A DNA stretch of 64,000 nucleotides from an uncultured cyanobacterium (GTDB lineage: Bacteria; Cyanobacteriota; Cyanobacteriia; Cyanobacteriales; Nostocaceae): contig CAVUDP010000004.1 of the NCBI GenBank assembly GCA_963740315.1, forward strand, positions 192,001-256,000, read 5' to 3'. Position 1 is the stretch's first letter, and each line of letters starts with the position of its first letter. The translations under genes and the position numbers were made by a program. Shown here piece after piece: positions 10,501 through 19,958 of this stretch. The notes beneath the pieces are model-generated. The model saw nothing but the letters and a program-made list of their open reading frames with translations. It made no database searches and was not told the DNA's origin.

Positions 10501-12907
10501 ATTTACGAAAGCTTTAGAAAATGAGAATAAACCATTGGGCAATGGTAATGGAAGTTCGAGCAATGGTAATGGAAGTTCGAGCAATGGCAATGGAAGTTCG
10601 CGCAATGGCAATGGAAGTTCGCGCAATGGCAATGGAAGTTCGAGCAATGGCAATGGAAGTTCGAGCAATGGAAATGGGCATTTAGTTACAGCTGGTACCA
10701 AAGTTTTATCAAGAAACGGACATAAACAGGCTTCATACGAAAAATTGCTACTAGCCGAACAGACAGTTACTTCCATGAATACTACTTCCCATCAGACAAA
10801 TGGACACTCAGTAGCCACAACATTGGAGTCGAAATCAGCAGTTTCTAAAAATTCTAAAAATAGCGTAGAATCTGCTTTACCAAATCCAGAAGCGATCGCT
10901 TCTTTAGAATCAAGCATCGAACAGTTTAGCCAGACTCAAAGTCAAACTTTGTCAGTTCACGGACAATATTTGGATAATCAGCAGCAATACGTGCAAGCCT
11001 GTTTCCAACTGATGCAGCAACAAAGTGCTTTATTTTCTAACATTGCTCAATCCGGTAAAACCCAACCTGTAGAACAAATTATTGAAAGTGTCGAACGCAG
11101 CATGACGCGGGTTCACGACCATCAAGCAGATACCCTGCACCTCCACAAAAAATATTTACAAGCACAGGTTGAATCGACGCGAGACTTTTTTGAATTAACC
11201 CAGCAAGGCTATTCGCATCTGTTAGAAGAAAATGATGTTGAGTCTTATAACCTACATTCAGACTTAGTGCTTGGTGGCAAAAGCACGGAGATAAAAAATC
11301 AAAGAGAACGGGTTTTAAGTCAATCCATACCTGCTGTTGCTGCTGTAAAAGCTAAGCAGCATCTGAAAAAGGAACAGGTAATAGGGAATGAAGAAGCAAA
11401 GAACATAGAGATACACGCACAAAGTAATGGTGTTGTAAATAAGACTGAAAATTACGAAGAACAAGCCGATAAGATAGATATCGATATTGATATTGATACT
11501 TTGAGTCAAGCCCTACTTGCTGTAGTCAGCGACAAAACTGGCTATCCGGTGGAAATGCTGGAATTAGAGATGGATATAGAAGCGGATTTGGGGATTGATT
11601 CGATTAAACGAGTTGAAATTATCGGCGCATTACAAGAACAAATACCCCATTTACCGCAGCCCAATCTAGAGGAAATGGCAGAAGTCGAACTGCGAACCCT
11701 CGGACAAATTGTTGATTATATGCAGGGTTTGAAGTCAGAGGTAACGGGAAATTTAACCGAACAACCTTCTTCCCTACAAGGGAATGGGGAGAAATCTGAG
11801 GAAAACCTAACCGAACAACCTTCTTCCCTACAAGGGAATGGGGAGAATTTGGAGAAAGATTTTTCAGATGCGTTAATTGAAGATACAAAACCATCGGTAA
11901 TTGACAGCGATACCTTAAGTCAAGCCCTACTAGCGGTAGTGAGTGACAAAACTGGGTATCCGGTGGAAATGCTGGAATTAGAGATGGATATAGAAGCGGA
12001 TTTGGGGATTGATTCGATTAAACGAGTTGAAATTATCGGCGCATTACAAGAACAAATACCCCATTTACCGCAACCCAATTTAGAGGAAATGGCAGAAATT
12101 GAACTGCGAACCCTCGGACAAATTGTTGATTATATGCAGGGTTTGAAAGAAGAGACAACTATTGAGGAGGAAAAAAAAAACCCATCTTCAATAGTTGATG
12201 ACACCGAACAGAAACATAACATTAAGCGAGCAAAAGTAAAACAACAGTTTCTACCTCCTCCGGATAAGTTAGATTTTGATTTACCCGCAGGGCATATTTG
12301 TTTGCTGACTGATGATGGTTCTGAACTTACTTCCCAATTAGCTCAAATTCTAAAACATAAAGGTTTTACGGTGGTAGTTCTAAGTTTTCCTCAATCCACA
12401 TCATCATTACCAGAAGGTATTGAGCAGATAAAGCTAGATAATGGCAGCGATGAGCAAATTAAGCTACAATTAACTGCAATTAAAGCTAATTACGGAGAAA
12501 TAGCCGCTTTTATTCATCTGCATCCCACGAATAAAACAGAAGCAACAATTATCAAGCAGGTGTTTTTCTTAGCCAAACATCTTAAAACATCACTGACTCA
12601 AGCAGCGAAATTGGGGCGAAGTTGTTTCTTAACGGTGACTCGCTTAGATGGAGAGTTAGGCTGTTCGGGTAAAAATGAATTAAGCGCAATTACAGGCGGA
12701 TTATTCGGTTTAACCAAATCCTTGCGGTGGGAATGGCAATCGGTATTTTGTAGAGCAGTTGATTTGAAACCCGATTTAGATATTACCACCGCAACACAAC
12801 ATATACTTGCCGAACTCCACGATCCAAATCGTTTACTCGTCGAAGTCGGGTATGGCGCGAGAGGAAGGAATACAGTTGTCAGTGAGCAGTTAGGAGTTAG
12901 GAGTTAA
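7541..12907 (+). CDS. hglE: Iterative type I PKS, HglE/PfaA-like (KS-AT-ACP-ACP-KR structural part)
   Basis: KS DAACASS, HGTGT and GHTKAAAG; AT GHSFG; two ACPs with LGIDSIKRVEI. Confidence 0.88.
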   Translation: MLTNKIGAALAQFHKEIDDCEQALQKLIKVKKMTDDRSVKISKTNTQLQQTPIAIIGMGSVFPQAKNLQEYWEKIIVGADCITDVPASRWNVEDYYDPDPKAPDKTYCKRGGFIPDIDFNPMEFGLPPNQLEVTDISQLLALVVAKQALSDAGYAESGFNHDRTGVILGVALARQLTMPLAARLQYPIWEKVLKNKGLSDEDTQNIIEKIKSAYINWDTNAFPGMLANVVAGRIANRFDFGGTNCVIDAACASSLSALSMAIAELADRRADMMLTGGVDTDNSILAYMCFSKTPAVSPGENVKPFDAESDGMMLGEGIGMLVLKRLEDAERDNDKIYAVIKGVGTSSDGRHKSIYAPRAEGQMKALERAYERAGFAPQTVGLIEAHGTGTMAGDPAEFAALKAVFSKDNPLQSTALGSVKSQIGHTKAAAGAASLIKTALALHHKVLPPTINVTKPNPKLGIDDSPFYLNTQTRPWLQFGETPRRAGVSSFGFGGTNFHIVLEEYRTQNEAYRIHRTPQELIFSAASPEELLAKCESVLVQLSDAAEECYLELVNQSKSLEIPVTAARLGFVAGSVAETVNKLQICIKWFKKQPEAENWELPQGVYYRKTGMELQGKVVALFSGQGSQYLEMGREVVMNFPVLQQTYSQVDNLFCKAGLSPISEKVFPAPVFDTAQRQVQAQALQQTEISQPAIGAFSVGLYKLLQQAGFKPDIVAGHSFGELTALWAAEVLCDRDYFYLVKERGQAMAKPDDSERDTGAMLAVKGDVSKVKEILTQFPEVKLANCNSPKQVVLAGATEGITQIKQVLTDKGFSAISLPVSGAFHTQLIGYAQKPFVKAVQEVSFNTPKLPIYTNTTATLYPQEPEAIRKNLQAHISQSVLFEQEIENIYDKGGYCFVEFGPRSILTNLVHEILGSRPHMAIALNGSRQKDSDAQLREAVVQLRVAGLQLANLDPHQLELKLQAPSKQALNVSLGSSNYVSDKTKAAFTKALENENKPLGNGNGSSSNGNGSSSNGNGSSRNGNGSSRNGNGSSSNGNGSSSNGNGHLVTAGTKVLSRNGHKQASYEKLLLAEQTVTSMNTTSHQTNGHSVATTLESKSAVSKNSKNSVESALPNPEAIASLESSIEQFSQTQSQTLSVHGQYLDNQQQYVQACFQLMQQQSALFSNIAQSGKTQPVEQIIESVERSMTRVHDHQADTLHLHKKYLQAQVESTRDFFELTQQGYSHLLEENDVESYNLHSDLVLGGKSTEIKNQRERVLSQSIPAVAAVKAKQHLKKEQVIGNEEAKNIEIHAQSNGVVNKTENYEEQADKIDIDIDIDTLSQALLAVVSDKTGYPVEMLELEMDIEADLGIDSIKRVEIIGALQEQIPHLPQPNLEEMAEVELRTLGQIVDYMQGLKSEVTGNLTEQPSSLQGNGEKSEENLTEQPSSLQGNGENLEKDFSDALIEDTKPSVIDSDTLSQALLAVVSDKTGYPVEMLELEMDIEADLGIDSIKRVEIIGALQEQIPHLPQPNLEEMAEIELRTLGQIVDYMQGLKEETTIEEEKKNPSSIVDDTEQKHNIKRAKVKQQFLPPPDKLDFDLPAGHICLLTDDGSELTSQLAQILKHKGFTVVVLSFPQSTSSLPEGIEQIKLDNGSDEQIKLQLTAIKANYGEIAAFIHLHPTNKTEATIIKQVFFLAKHLKTSLTQAAKLGRSCFLTVTRLDGELGCSGKNELSAITGGLFGLTKSLRWEWQSVFCRAVDLKPDLDITTATQHILAELHDPNRLLVEVGYGARGRNTVVSEQLGVRS
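10539..10680 (+). repeat. In-frame 21-bp tandem repeat encoding (NGNGSSS/R)n
   Basis: About 6-7 copies of GCAATGG(T/C)AATGGAAGTTCG(A/C). Confidence 0.9.
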
Positions 12908-13088
12908 GAGTTAGGAGTGAGCAGTGAGCAGTTAGGAGTGAGCAGTGAGCAGTGAGCAGTGAGCAGTTAGGAGTTAATATTTTCCCCTTGTCTCCCCCTC
13001 TCCCTATCTCCCCATCTCCCCCTCTCCCTATCTCCCCATCTCCCCATCTCCCCATCTCCCCATCTCCCCATCTCCCCATCTCCCCATC
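12881..13088. repeat. STRR arrays (AGTGAGC, AGTTAGG, CCCCATCT)
   Basis: Tandem repeats that overlap the hglE stop codon. Confidence 0.9.
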
Positions 13089-13102
13089 TATTTATTAATG
13101 CG

Positions 13103-14818
13103 ATGATTAACCAAAATTCAGTATGTCTCATAACTGGTGGTGGTAAAGGAATCACTGCCAAGTCGGCGATTAAGCTGGCTCAAGAATATAAATGTAAGTT
13201 TGTTTTGCTGGGGCGATCGCCTGTTTCAAATACTCCAGAACCTGTTTGGGCGCAGGATTGTAGCTCCCAAACAGAGTTGAAGCGGCGGATTTTGGAACGG
13301 ATGATGGCTGAGGGTGAGAAACCAACGCCTCGGATGGTACAGCAAGAGTGTCAAGCTATTTCATCTCAACGCGAGATCGAGCAAACCTTGAAAGCGATCG
13401 CGCAAGCGGGGGGAAAAGCGGAATACCTCAGCGTTGATGTCACCGACGAAAGTGTATTACAACAAAAATTAGCTGAAGTCGAGGAGAGGCTGGGTAAAAT
13501 AACGGCGATCGTTCACGGTGCTGGTAATTTAGCGGATAAACCGATTGAAAAGAAAACTGAGTCGGATTTTGACAAGGTTTACAATACCAAAGTCAAAGGT
13601 TTGACTAATTTACTAAAATGCGTAAGTGCGAGTCAGTTAGATTCCTTGGTTTTGTTTTCTTCAGTAGTGGGATTTTATGGAAATGCGGGACAAACTGATT
13701 ACGCGATCGCCAACGAAACGCTGAATAAAACAGCTTATCTTGTCAAGGAAAAGCATCCCGATTGTCATGTAGTCGCCATCAATTGGGGCCCTTGGGATAG
13801 TGGTATGGTGAGTCCAGAATTGAAACGAGCATTTGCTGAACGCAATATTGAGACGATACCCGTTGAAGTCGGAACGCAAATGTTAGTTGAAGAACTCGCA
13901 TCTCAAAACCAAGATGTACAGGTAATCATTGGTTCTCCTTTAACACCTCCTGCCGTTGCTTTAGATTCCAAATTACAAACTTATTGCATCCGTCGTCGTT
14001 TAAATTTAGCCGACAATCCATTTTTACACGATCATGAAATCGCCGGTTATCCAGTTCTACCCGCAACTTGTGCAATTAATTGGATTGCCAATAGTTGCGA
14101 ACAACTTTATCCCGGATACAAATTTTTTGGTTTTCAAAACTATAAAGTTTTAAAAGGAATTGTTTTTGATGATAGTTTAGCTGAAGAATATATTTTAGAT
14201 TTACAAGAAATCGCTAAAGATGATGATGGAATTGTTTTTGATGCCAAAATATGGAGTAAAAATCAAGCAGGAAAAACCCGCTATCACTTCAGCGTTGAGC
14301 TAACAATTAAACAGCAAATTCCCGAACGCCCGCTATACGATTCTTTAGACTTAACAGCAAACAATAAAATCTTTACTTCTCGCGAACAAATATATCAACA
14401 AGGGGGAGCAACCTTATTTCACGGCGCGGCTTTTCAAGGAGTAGAAAAAGTCTTAAATATCAGTAAAGAAAAAATCACGATTCAGTGCAATTTAGCAGCC
14501 GTAGAGCTTGAGAAACAAGGACAATTTCCCGTTCAAACCTTTAACCCCTACATAGTTGACGTGAAAATTCATTCACTATGGCTTTGGGTGCAAAACTATT
14601 ATCAATGTGGCTGCTTGCCTTCAGGAATTAAGACTTACGAACAATTCGCTCCCATTCCCTTCGACGAAACATTTTATATTTCCTGCGAAATCATCAGTAA
14701 AACAGAAACAGCAGCAGTAGCTGAAGTTATTGCTCACGATCGCCAAGGAAAAATTTACATCAAAATGCAAGAAGCTAAAGGAACTATTTTACCCTTGAAT
14801 TTAGCGAAAACCAGTTAA
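13103..14818 (+). CDS. hglG: HglG-like ketoreductase + dehydratase
   Basis: ITGGGKGIT, HGAG, DYAIAN (KR) and HDHEIAGYPVLP (DH). Confidence 0.82.
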   Translation: MINQNSVCLITGGGKGITAKSAIKLAQEYKCKFVLLGRSPVSNTPEPVWAQDCSSQTELKRRILERMMAEGEKPTPRMVQQECQAISSQREIEQTLKAIAQAGGKAEYLSVDVTDESVLQQKLAEVEERLGKITAIVHGAGNLADKPIEKKTESDFDKVYNTKVKGLTNLLKCVSASQLDSLVLFSSVVGFYGNAGQTDYAIANETLNKTAYLVKEKHPDCHVVAINWGPWDSGMVSPELKRAFAERNIETIPVEVGTQMLVEELASQNQDVQVIIGSPLTPPAVALDSKLQTYCIRRRLNLADNPFLHDHEIAGYPVLPATCAINWIANSCEQLYPGYKFFGFQNYKVLKGIVFDDSLAEEYILDLQEIAKDDDGIVFDAKIWSKNQAGKTRYHFSVELTIKQQIPERPLYDSLDLTANNKIFTSREQIYQQGGATLFHGAAFQGVEKVLNISKEKITIQCNLAAVELEKQGQFPVQTFNPYIVDVKIHSLWLWVQNYYQCGCLPSGIKTYEQFAPIPFDETFYISCEIISKTETAAVAEVIAHDRQGKIYIKMQEAKGTILPLNLAKTS

Positions 14819-14843
14819 TAGTAAACAATTCATAATTATTAAT

Positions 14844-14870
14844 AGACGTAGCAGTGCTACGTCTCTACAT
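14844..14870. repeat. Dispersed palindrome AGACGTAGCAGTGCTACGTCTCTACAT
   Basis: Identical copy at 63373-63399 and a related copy near 34638-34662. Confidence 0.8.
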
Positions 14871-14891
14871 TCTATTTTTTCACTTTTAATT

Positions 14892-17699
14892 ATGGTAAAT
14901 AGCAACAATAAAAACCAGAAGTTAGCCATAGTTGGTATAAATATAAATGGCTGTTCCTGCGAAGAACTAGATAAGTTTGAACGTAGTATTTATGAAGGAA
15001 AACCATATAATCTTCCCGATAATTTAAATTTAACAACAAATGAAATATTAAATAAAGCAGTTAAAGATGCGGAAGTTGAATCAAAGGATAAAATAAGAGT
15101 AATTACCGTCAGCGATGAAGGTAATATCCCCGATTCACAAGCAGAATTTAATAATTATTCTTTCACTCATACCGCAGTCGAAAAAACCGTATTTAACGCA
15201 ATCAAAACAGCACAAAAGCTACTTACTGCTAAAGAAGTAGACGCGGTTGTTATAGTTTCTGATGCTGCTGCATTAGTCTTAAAGCTTGATGCTGACGCTC
15301 AGAACGATCGACGTATTTATGCGACAATTGATGCATTAATTATTCCTGAAAATTCGTCCCCGAAAGCACAAACAATAACTCAAACTTGTCAGCAAGCTTT
15401 TAATGTTGCTGGAGTAAAAGCTGAAGATATTAGTTATTTAGAAATTTGCGGTCGCAGTATTTTAGAGCCGAATCAGTTAGAAATTAAAGAGTTGGTTGCA
15501 GCTTATCAAACTGGATCGGAATTAACTTGTGCGGTAGGTAGCGTAAAAACGAACATCGGTAATGATGCAGCTTCAGAAATTGCCAGTTTAATCAAAACGG
15601 CTCTATGTCTTTACTATCGCTACATTCCCGCCGTTCCAGAATGGTCTACTCCTAAATATCCAGAGCTATGGTCAGGTAGTCCTTTTTATGTTCAAACTCA
15701 GTCAAAACCCTGGTTTTTAGGCGCAGAAGCTAATAAAAGAATTGCTGCAATTAATAGTTTTAGTAACGGTAATTTAGCTCATTTAATTTTATCAGAAGCA
15801 CCGCTTGCTCAAGAACGTGACAGCAGATATTTGGAGCAAATGCCGACTTTTTTGTTTCCTTTAGCTGCCTCGGAGCCTGCTGAATTATTAGAGCAAATTG
15901 AGACTTTAGAAAAAACAATATCACAAAGCGATTCCCTTGCAGTTACCGCAGCACAAACCTTTGCAGCCTACCAAAAAAATAAAAATGCAACTTATGCTGT
16001 AGCCATTCTCGGACGTAACCTTAAAGAATTACAGCGGGAAACACAACGGGCTTTAAAAGGTGTAAAAAAAGCTGTATTAACCGGAGAAGATTGGAAAACT
16101 CCTGTAGGTAGCTGTTTCACTGCCAAACCTTTGGGTAAAAAAAGTAAAGTAGCCCTTGTATATCCCGGTGCTTACAGCTCTTATGTAGGAATAGGTCGAA
16201 ATTTATTCCGCTTATTTCCTAAAATATGGGATTCTCCGATAATTCAAAGCGTTTACACCCGTGTTGCTAGTATCGAGAAATGTCTCTATCCTCGCAGCTT
16301 AAAAGCCTTGACAAAAAGACAGTTAGAAGATTTAGAACAGCAATTGATGGATAATCCCCTTTCAATGCTGGAATCGGAAGTAGGTATTGCAGGATTAATG
16401 AGTACTGTTCTCTCTTATTATTTTAAACTGCAACCTGACTGTTGCTTTGGTTACAGCGTCGGCGAAACTACTATGGCGATCGCTCAAGGAATTTGGACTG
16501 ATTTTAACCCAATTAGCAGCGGTTTGAATTCCTCGGAACTGTTTACTACGAGATTATCAGGTGATAAAAATGCAGTACGGGAATATTGGGGATTAACAGA
16601 TAAACAAATAAAAGGTGAATTTTGGCGTAATTACGTCTTAATGGCGGAAGTTTCTCAAGTTAAAGAAACTATTAAAAACGAGGATAAAGTTTATTTAACT
16701 CAGATTAATACACCCAAAGAAGTTGTTATTGCTGGTGAGCCAGAAGCCTGTCAGAGAGTTATTGCAGCAATTGGATGTAATGCAATTCCCGCACCTTTCA
16801 ACCACGTCATCCACTGCGAAGCGATGGCTTCTGAATACGATGAATTTGTTAAACTGCATACCCTACCGATAAAAAACAAACCTCAGATAGATTTTTATTC
16901 ATCTTCAAAGTACGAAATTCTTGACCTTGATAGTAAGGTTATGGGTGATAGTATCGCCAAAGTTTTGTGCGAGCAATTCGATTTTCCCCGAATAGTCAAC
17001 CGTCTGGAGGCAGATGGTGCGAAAATTTTTCTCGAAGTAGGGGCTGGAAATGCCTGTTCGCGATGGATTGGTGAAAATCTCAAGGGAAGGGAACACACCA
17101 CAATATTTTTAAATCGTCGGGGAGTAGACGAGCATACTAGCTTACTTAGAGGTTTAGCTCAACTTTTCTCTCACCGAGTTTCCCTAGATTTATCGCCGTT
17201 ATACAACTTAAATTATCTAGAATCAAAAGCTTTTCACTCCCAGGTGGAAGCGACTTCTAAAAAGCTTGAACCTACGTCAAAAGAGCAAAAACAAATTCAA
17301 AATCAAAATCAAGAAATAATGGTAACTTTATCTCCACATTATTGGAGTAATTTTAGTACGCAAGAATTAGAAACATCGGCAAAATTGAATTATGAAAATT
17401 TAGAATTTTTAGATTTTGCAAGTTATGAAAAATCAAATCTAATTCCCAGTGATGAAAAGCTGGAAAATTATCAAGTATTTTCGCCATCAATATCAATAAA
17501 TAAGCAAATAAAACCCAGCTTAGCGAACAATAAAAAATTATCTGGATTAATTCAATCTCATGCAAAAAGAATCAGCGAAACCAACCTACAATCCAGTCAA
17601 TCCCAAGCTGTATTTTTACAAACCAGACAATCATCATTAGCAGAAATGGTGAAAATGGTTAAACTTCAGATTTCTCTTTTAAACGAACACATCAAATAG
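14892..17699 (+). CDS. hglC: HglC/PfaB-family protein (degenerate KS/CLF + acyltransferase)
   Basis: GSVKTNIG without the catalytic KS residues; DWKTPVGSCFTAKPLG; AT GYSVGE. Confidence 0.78.
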   Translation: MVNSNNKNQKLAIVGININGCSCEELDKFERSIYEGKPYNLPDNLNLTTNEILNKAVKDAEVESKDKIRVITVSDEGNIPDSQAEFNNYSFTHTAVEKTVFNAIKTAQKLLTAKEVDAVVIVSDAAALVLKLDADAQNDRRIYATIDALIIPENSSPKAQTITQTCQQAFNVAGVKAEDISYLEICGRSILEPNQLEIKELVAAYQTGSELTCAVGSVKTNIGNDAASEIASLIKTALCLYYRYIPAVPEWSTPKYPELWSGSPFYVQTQSKPWFLGAEANKRIAAINSFSNGNLAHLILSEAPLAQERDSRYLEQMPTFLFPLAASEPAELLEQIETLEKTISQSDSLAVTAAQTFAAYQKNKNATYAVAILGRNLKELQRETQRALKGVKKAVLTGEDWKTPVGSCFTAKPLGKKSKVALVYPGAYSSYVGIGRNLFRLFPKIWDSPIIQSVYTRVASIEKCLYPRSLKALTKRQLEDLEQQLMDNPLSMLESEVGIAGLMSTVLSYYFKLQPDCCFGYSVGETTMAIAQGIWTDFNPISSGLNSSELFTTRLSGDKNAVREYWGLTDKQIKGEFWRNYVLMAEVSQVKETIKNEDKVYLTQINTPKEVVIAGEPEACQRVIAAIGCNAIPAPFNHVIHCEAMASEYDEFVKLHTLPIKNKPQIDFYSSSKYEILDLDSKVMGDSIAKVLCEQFDFPRIVNRLEADGAKIFLEVGAGNACSRWIGENLKGREHTTIFLNRRGVDEHTSLLRGLAQLFSHRVSLDLSPLYNLNYLESKAFHSQVEATSKKLEPTSKEQKQIQNQNQEIMVTLSPHYWSNFSTQELETSAKLNYENLEFLDFASYEKSNLIPSDEKLENYQVFSPSISINKQIKPSLANNKKLSGLIQSHAKRISETNLQSSQSQAVFLQTRQSSLAEMVKMVKLQISLLNEHIK

Positions 17700-17912
17700 A
17701 GAGGGGGGAGAGGGGGAGATGGGGAGATGGGGGGACAAGGAGATGGGGGGACAAGGGGACAAGGAGACAAGGAGAAATTTAAAACTCTTAACTCTTAACT
17801 CTTAACTCTTAACTCTTAACTCTTAACTCTTAACTCCTAATTCCGGTGGTCCTAACTCCGGTGGTCCTAACTCCTAATTCCTAATTACTAACTCCTAACT
17901 CTTAATTACTAA
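17700..17912. repeat. STRR arrays (GGGGAGAT, GGAGACAA, ACTCTTA)
   Basis: Tandem repeats. Confidence 0.9.
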
Positions 17913-17924
17913 TCTAAAATCTAT

Positions 17925-19535
17925 ATGACTATCACAAATGCAGCCCCTAACAAAAATGGGCATCATCTTAAATCAACCGACTTACTCACGCATCATCAAG
18001 ATATTGCTTTTGATGAAGCAGGAATTAAATCGAAATTATTAAGTTTAAATCAACCCTGTTACGTTGTTAAAGTTGAAGAAAAAATCGGATTTACTAATAA
18101 ATTCGACGCGAATGAGCTTGGAGAATTAATCATGGCGCTGCCACCTCTGACGCTGCAACAATTAGGCGATCGCCGTTTTCTGGAATTCCACAAAGTTAAA
18201 TACGCTTATACCGCAGGTGCAATGGCGGGTGGTATTGCGTCTGTTGAATTAGTAATCGCTTTCGGGAAAGCTGGAATCCTCAGTTCCTTTGGTGCTGGAG
18301 GTTTGAGTCGGGAACGTGTTAAAGCTGCGATCGAGACTATTCAGCAAGCTTTACCCGAAGGACCATACGCTTTTAACCTGCTCCACAGTCCCAGCGAACC
18401 TGCAATGGAACGGGGTTCGGTGGACTTATATTTGCAACATGGAGTCAGAACCGTTGAAGCTTCGGCGTTTCTAGATATTACACCCAACATCGTTTACTAT
18501 CGTGCTGCTGGATTAAGTCTTAATAGCAATAATCAAATAGAAATAAATAACAAAGTTATCGCTAAAGTTTCGCGCAAAGAAGTAGCTAGTAAATTTCTGG
18601 CTCCCGCACCGCTCAAAATGCTTCAGGAACTGGTGAATCAAGGCTTAATCACCGAGCTACAGGCGACTTTAGCTCAAAAAGTTCCTGTTGCTGACGATAT
18701 CACCGTTGAAGCCGATTCTGGCGGACATACAGATAATCGTCCTTTAGTGTGTTTGTTACCTTCTATACTTGAATTGCGTGATAAATATCAGCAAAAATAC
18801 GGCTATATAAATCCCGTGCGAATTGGTGTAGGAGGAGGTATTGCAACACCGCAATCAGCATTAGCAGCCTTTATGATGGGTGCTGCTTATGTCGTGACGG
18901 GTTCAATCAATCAATCGTGCGTAGAAGCAGGAACCTCCGAATATACAAAAAAACTGCTTGCAAAAGCCGAAATGGCAGACGTAACTATGGCACCAGCTGC
19001 CGATATGTTTGAGATGGGCGTGAAATTGCAGGTACTCAAACGCGGCACACTTTTCGGAATGCGATCGCAAAAGTTATATGAGCTTTATCAGCGATATGAC
19101 TCCATCGAGGATATCCCCGTTGCGGAAAGAGAAAAGTTAGAAAAACAAGTGTTTCAGCAAAGCTTGGATGCAATTTGGCAAAGTACTCAGGCATATTTAG
19201 CACAACGCAGTCCCCAAAAATTGGAACGGGCTATTAAAAATCCAAAATTTAAAATGGCGTTAATTTTCCGCTGGTATCTCGGCTTATCTTCTCGGTGGTC
19301 AAACTCAGGAGAAAAAGGGCGAGAAACCGATTATCAAATCTGGTGCGGTCCGGCAATGGGTGCCTTTAACAACTGGGTAAAAGACACTTATCTCGCCCAA
19401 CCCCAGAATCGTCAAGTAGTTGATATTGCTTACCACATCCTTACTGGAGCCGCATATTTATACCGACTGCAAACCTTGAAATTGCAAGGGGTGGAATTAC
19501 CTGCGCGTTTTGCTCAATATCATCCCGGTTTGTAG
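17925..19535 (+). CDS. hglA: PfaD/HglA-family enoyl reductase
   Basis: GAMAGGIAS, EADSGGHTD, MAPAADMFEMG, YQIWCGPAMGAFN. Confidence 0.88.
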   Translation: MTITNAAPNKNGHHLKSTDLLTHHQDIAFDEAGIKSKLLSLNQPCYVVKVEEKIGFTNKFDANELGELIMALPPLTLQQLGDRRFLEFHKVKYAYTAGAMAGGIASVELVIAFGKAGILSSFGAGGLSRERVKAAIETIQQALPEGPYAFNLLHSPSEPAMERGSVDLYLQHGVRTVEASAFLDITPNIVYYRAAGLSLNSNNQIEINNKVIAKVSRKEVASKFLAPAPLKMLQELVNQGLITELQATLAQKVPVADDITVEADSGGHTDNRPLVCLLPSILELRDKYQQKYGYINPVRIGVGGGIATPQSALAAFMMGAAYVVTGSINQSCVEAGTSEYTKKLLAKAEMADVTMAPAADMFEMGVKLQVLKRGTLFGMRSQKLYELYQRYDSIEDIPVAEREKLEKQVFQQSLDAIWQSTQAYLAQRSPQKLERAIKNPKFKMALIFRWYLGLSSRWSNSGEKGRETDYQIWCGPAMGAFNNWVKDTYLAQPQNRQVVDIAYHILTGAAYLYRLQTLKLQGVELPARFAQYHPGL

Positions 19536-19674
19536 TGATGGGGAGAAGGGGGAGATGGGGAGATGGGGAGATGGGGAGATGGGGAGATGGGGAGATGGGG
19601 AGAGGGGGAGATGGGGAGATGGGGAGAGGGGGAGATGGGGAGAGGGGGAGAAGGGGGAGATGGGGAGATGGGGA

Positions 19675-19868
19675 GATGGTAAGCCCAAAACGTGCGCGGT
19701 GAGAGCAGTCGCGTGCGGGGGTTCCCCCCGTTGAGCGAACTGCCGAACCCGAAGGGGTTCCCCGCGTTGAGAGAAGTGGCGCAACCCGTTACTCTAACGA
19801 GTCGTGCCGCGCTGAACACGCGTTCACCGCTAGGTGCGGCTCAGCGTGCGGCGAGCGGGGGAGATGGG
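19675..19868. repeat. Composite GC-rich small dispersed repeat embedded in a GGGGAGAT array (copy 1)
   Basis: Near-identical to 26087-26258. Confidence 0.85.
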
Positions 19869-19958
19869 GAGATGGGGAGAGGGGTAAATATCAATTCCTA
19901 ACTCCTAATTCCTACTCCCAACTAACAACTAACAACTAACAACTAACAACTAACAACT

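Noticed and set aside
19675..19868. Possible CRISPR array
   Set aside because: No regularly spaced identical repeats with unique spacers, and no cas genes in the window.
19497..19901. Several short ORFs on both strands (similar ones at 2881-3539, 12897-13161, 25935-26333, 39158-39409, 42960-43220)
   Set aside because: They are translations of STRR/SDR repeats (GDGEMGRW, SPHLPI).
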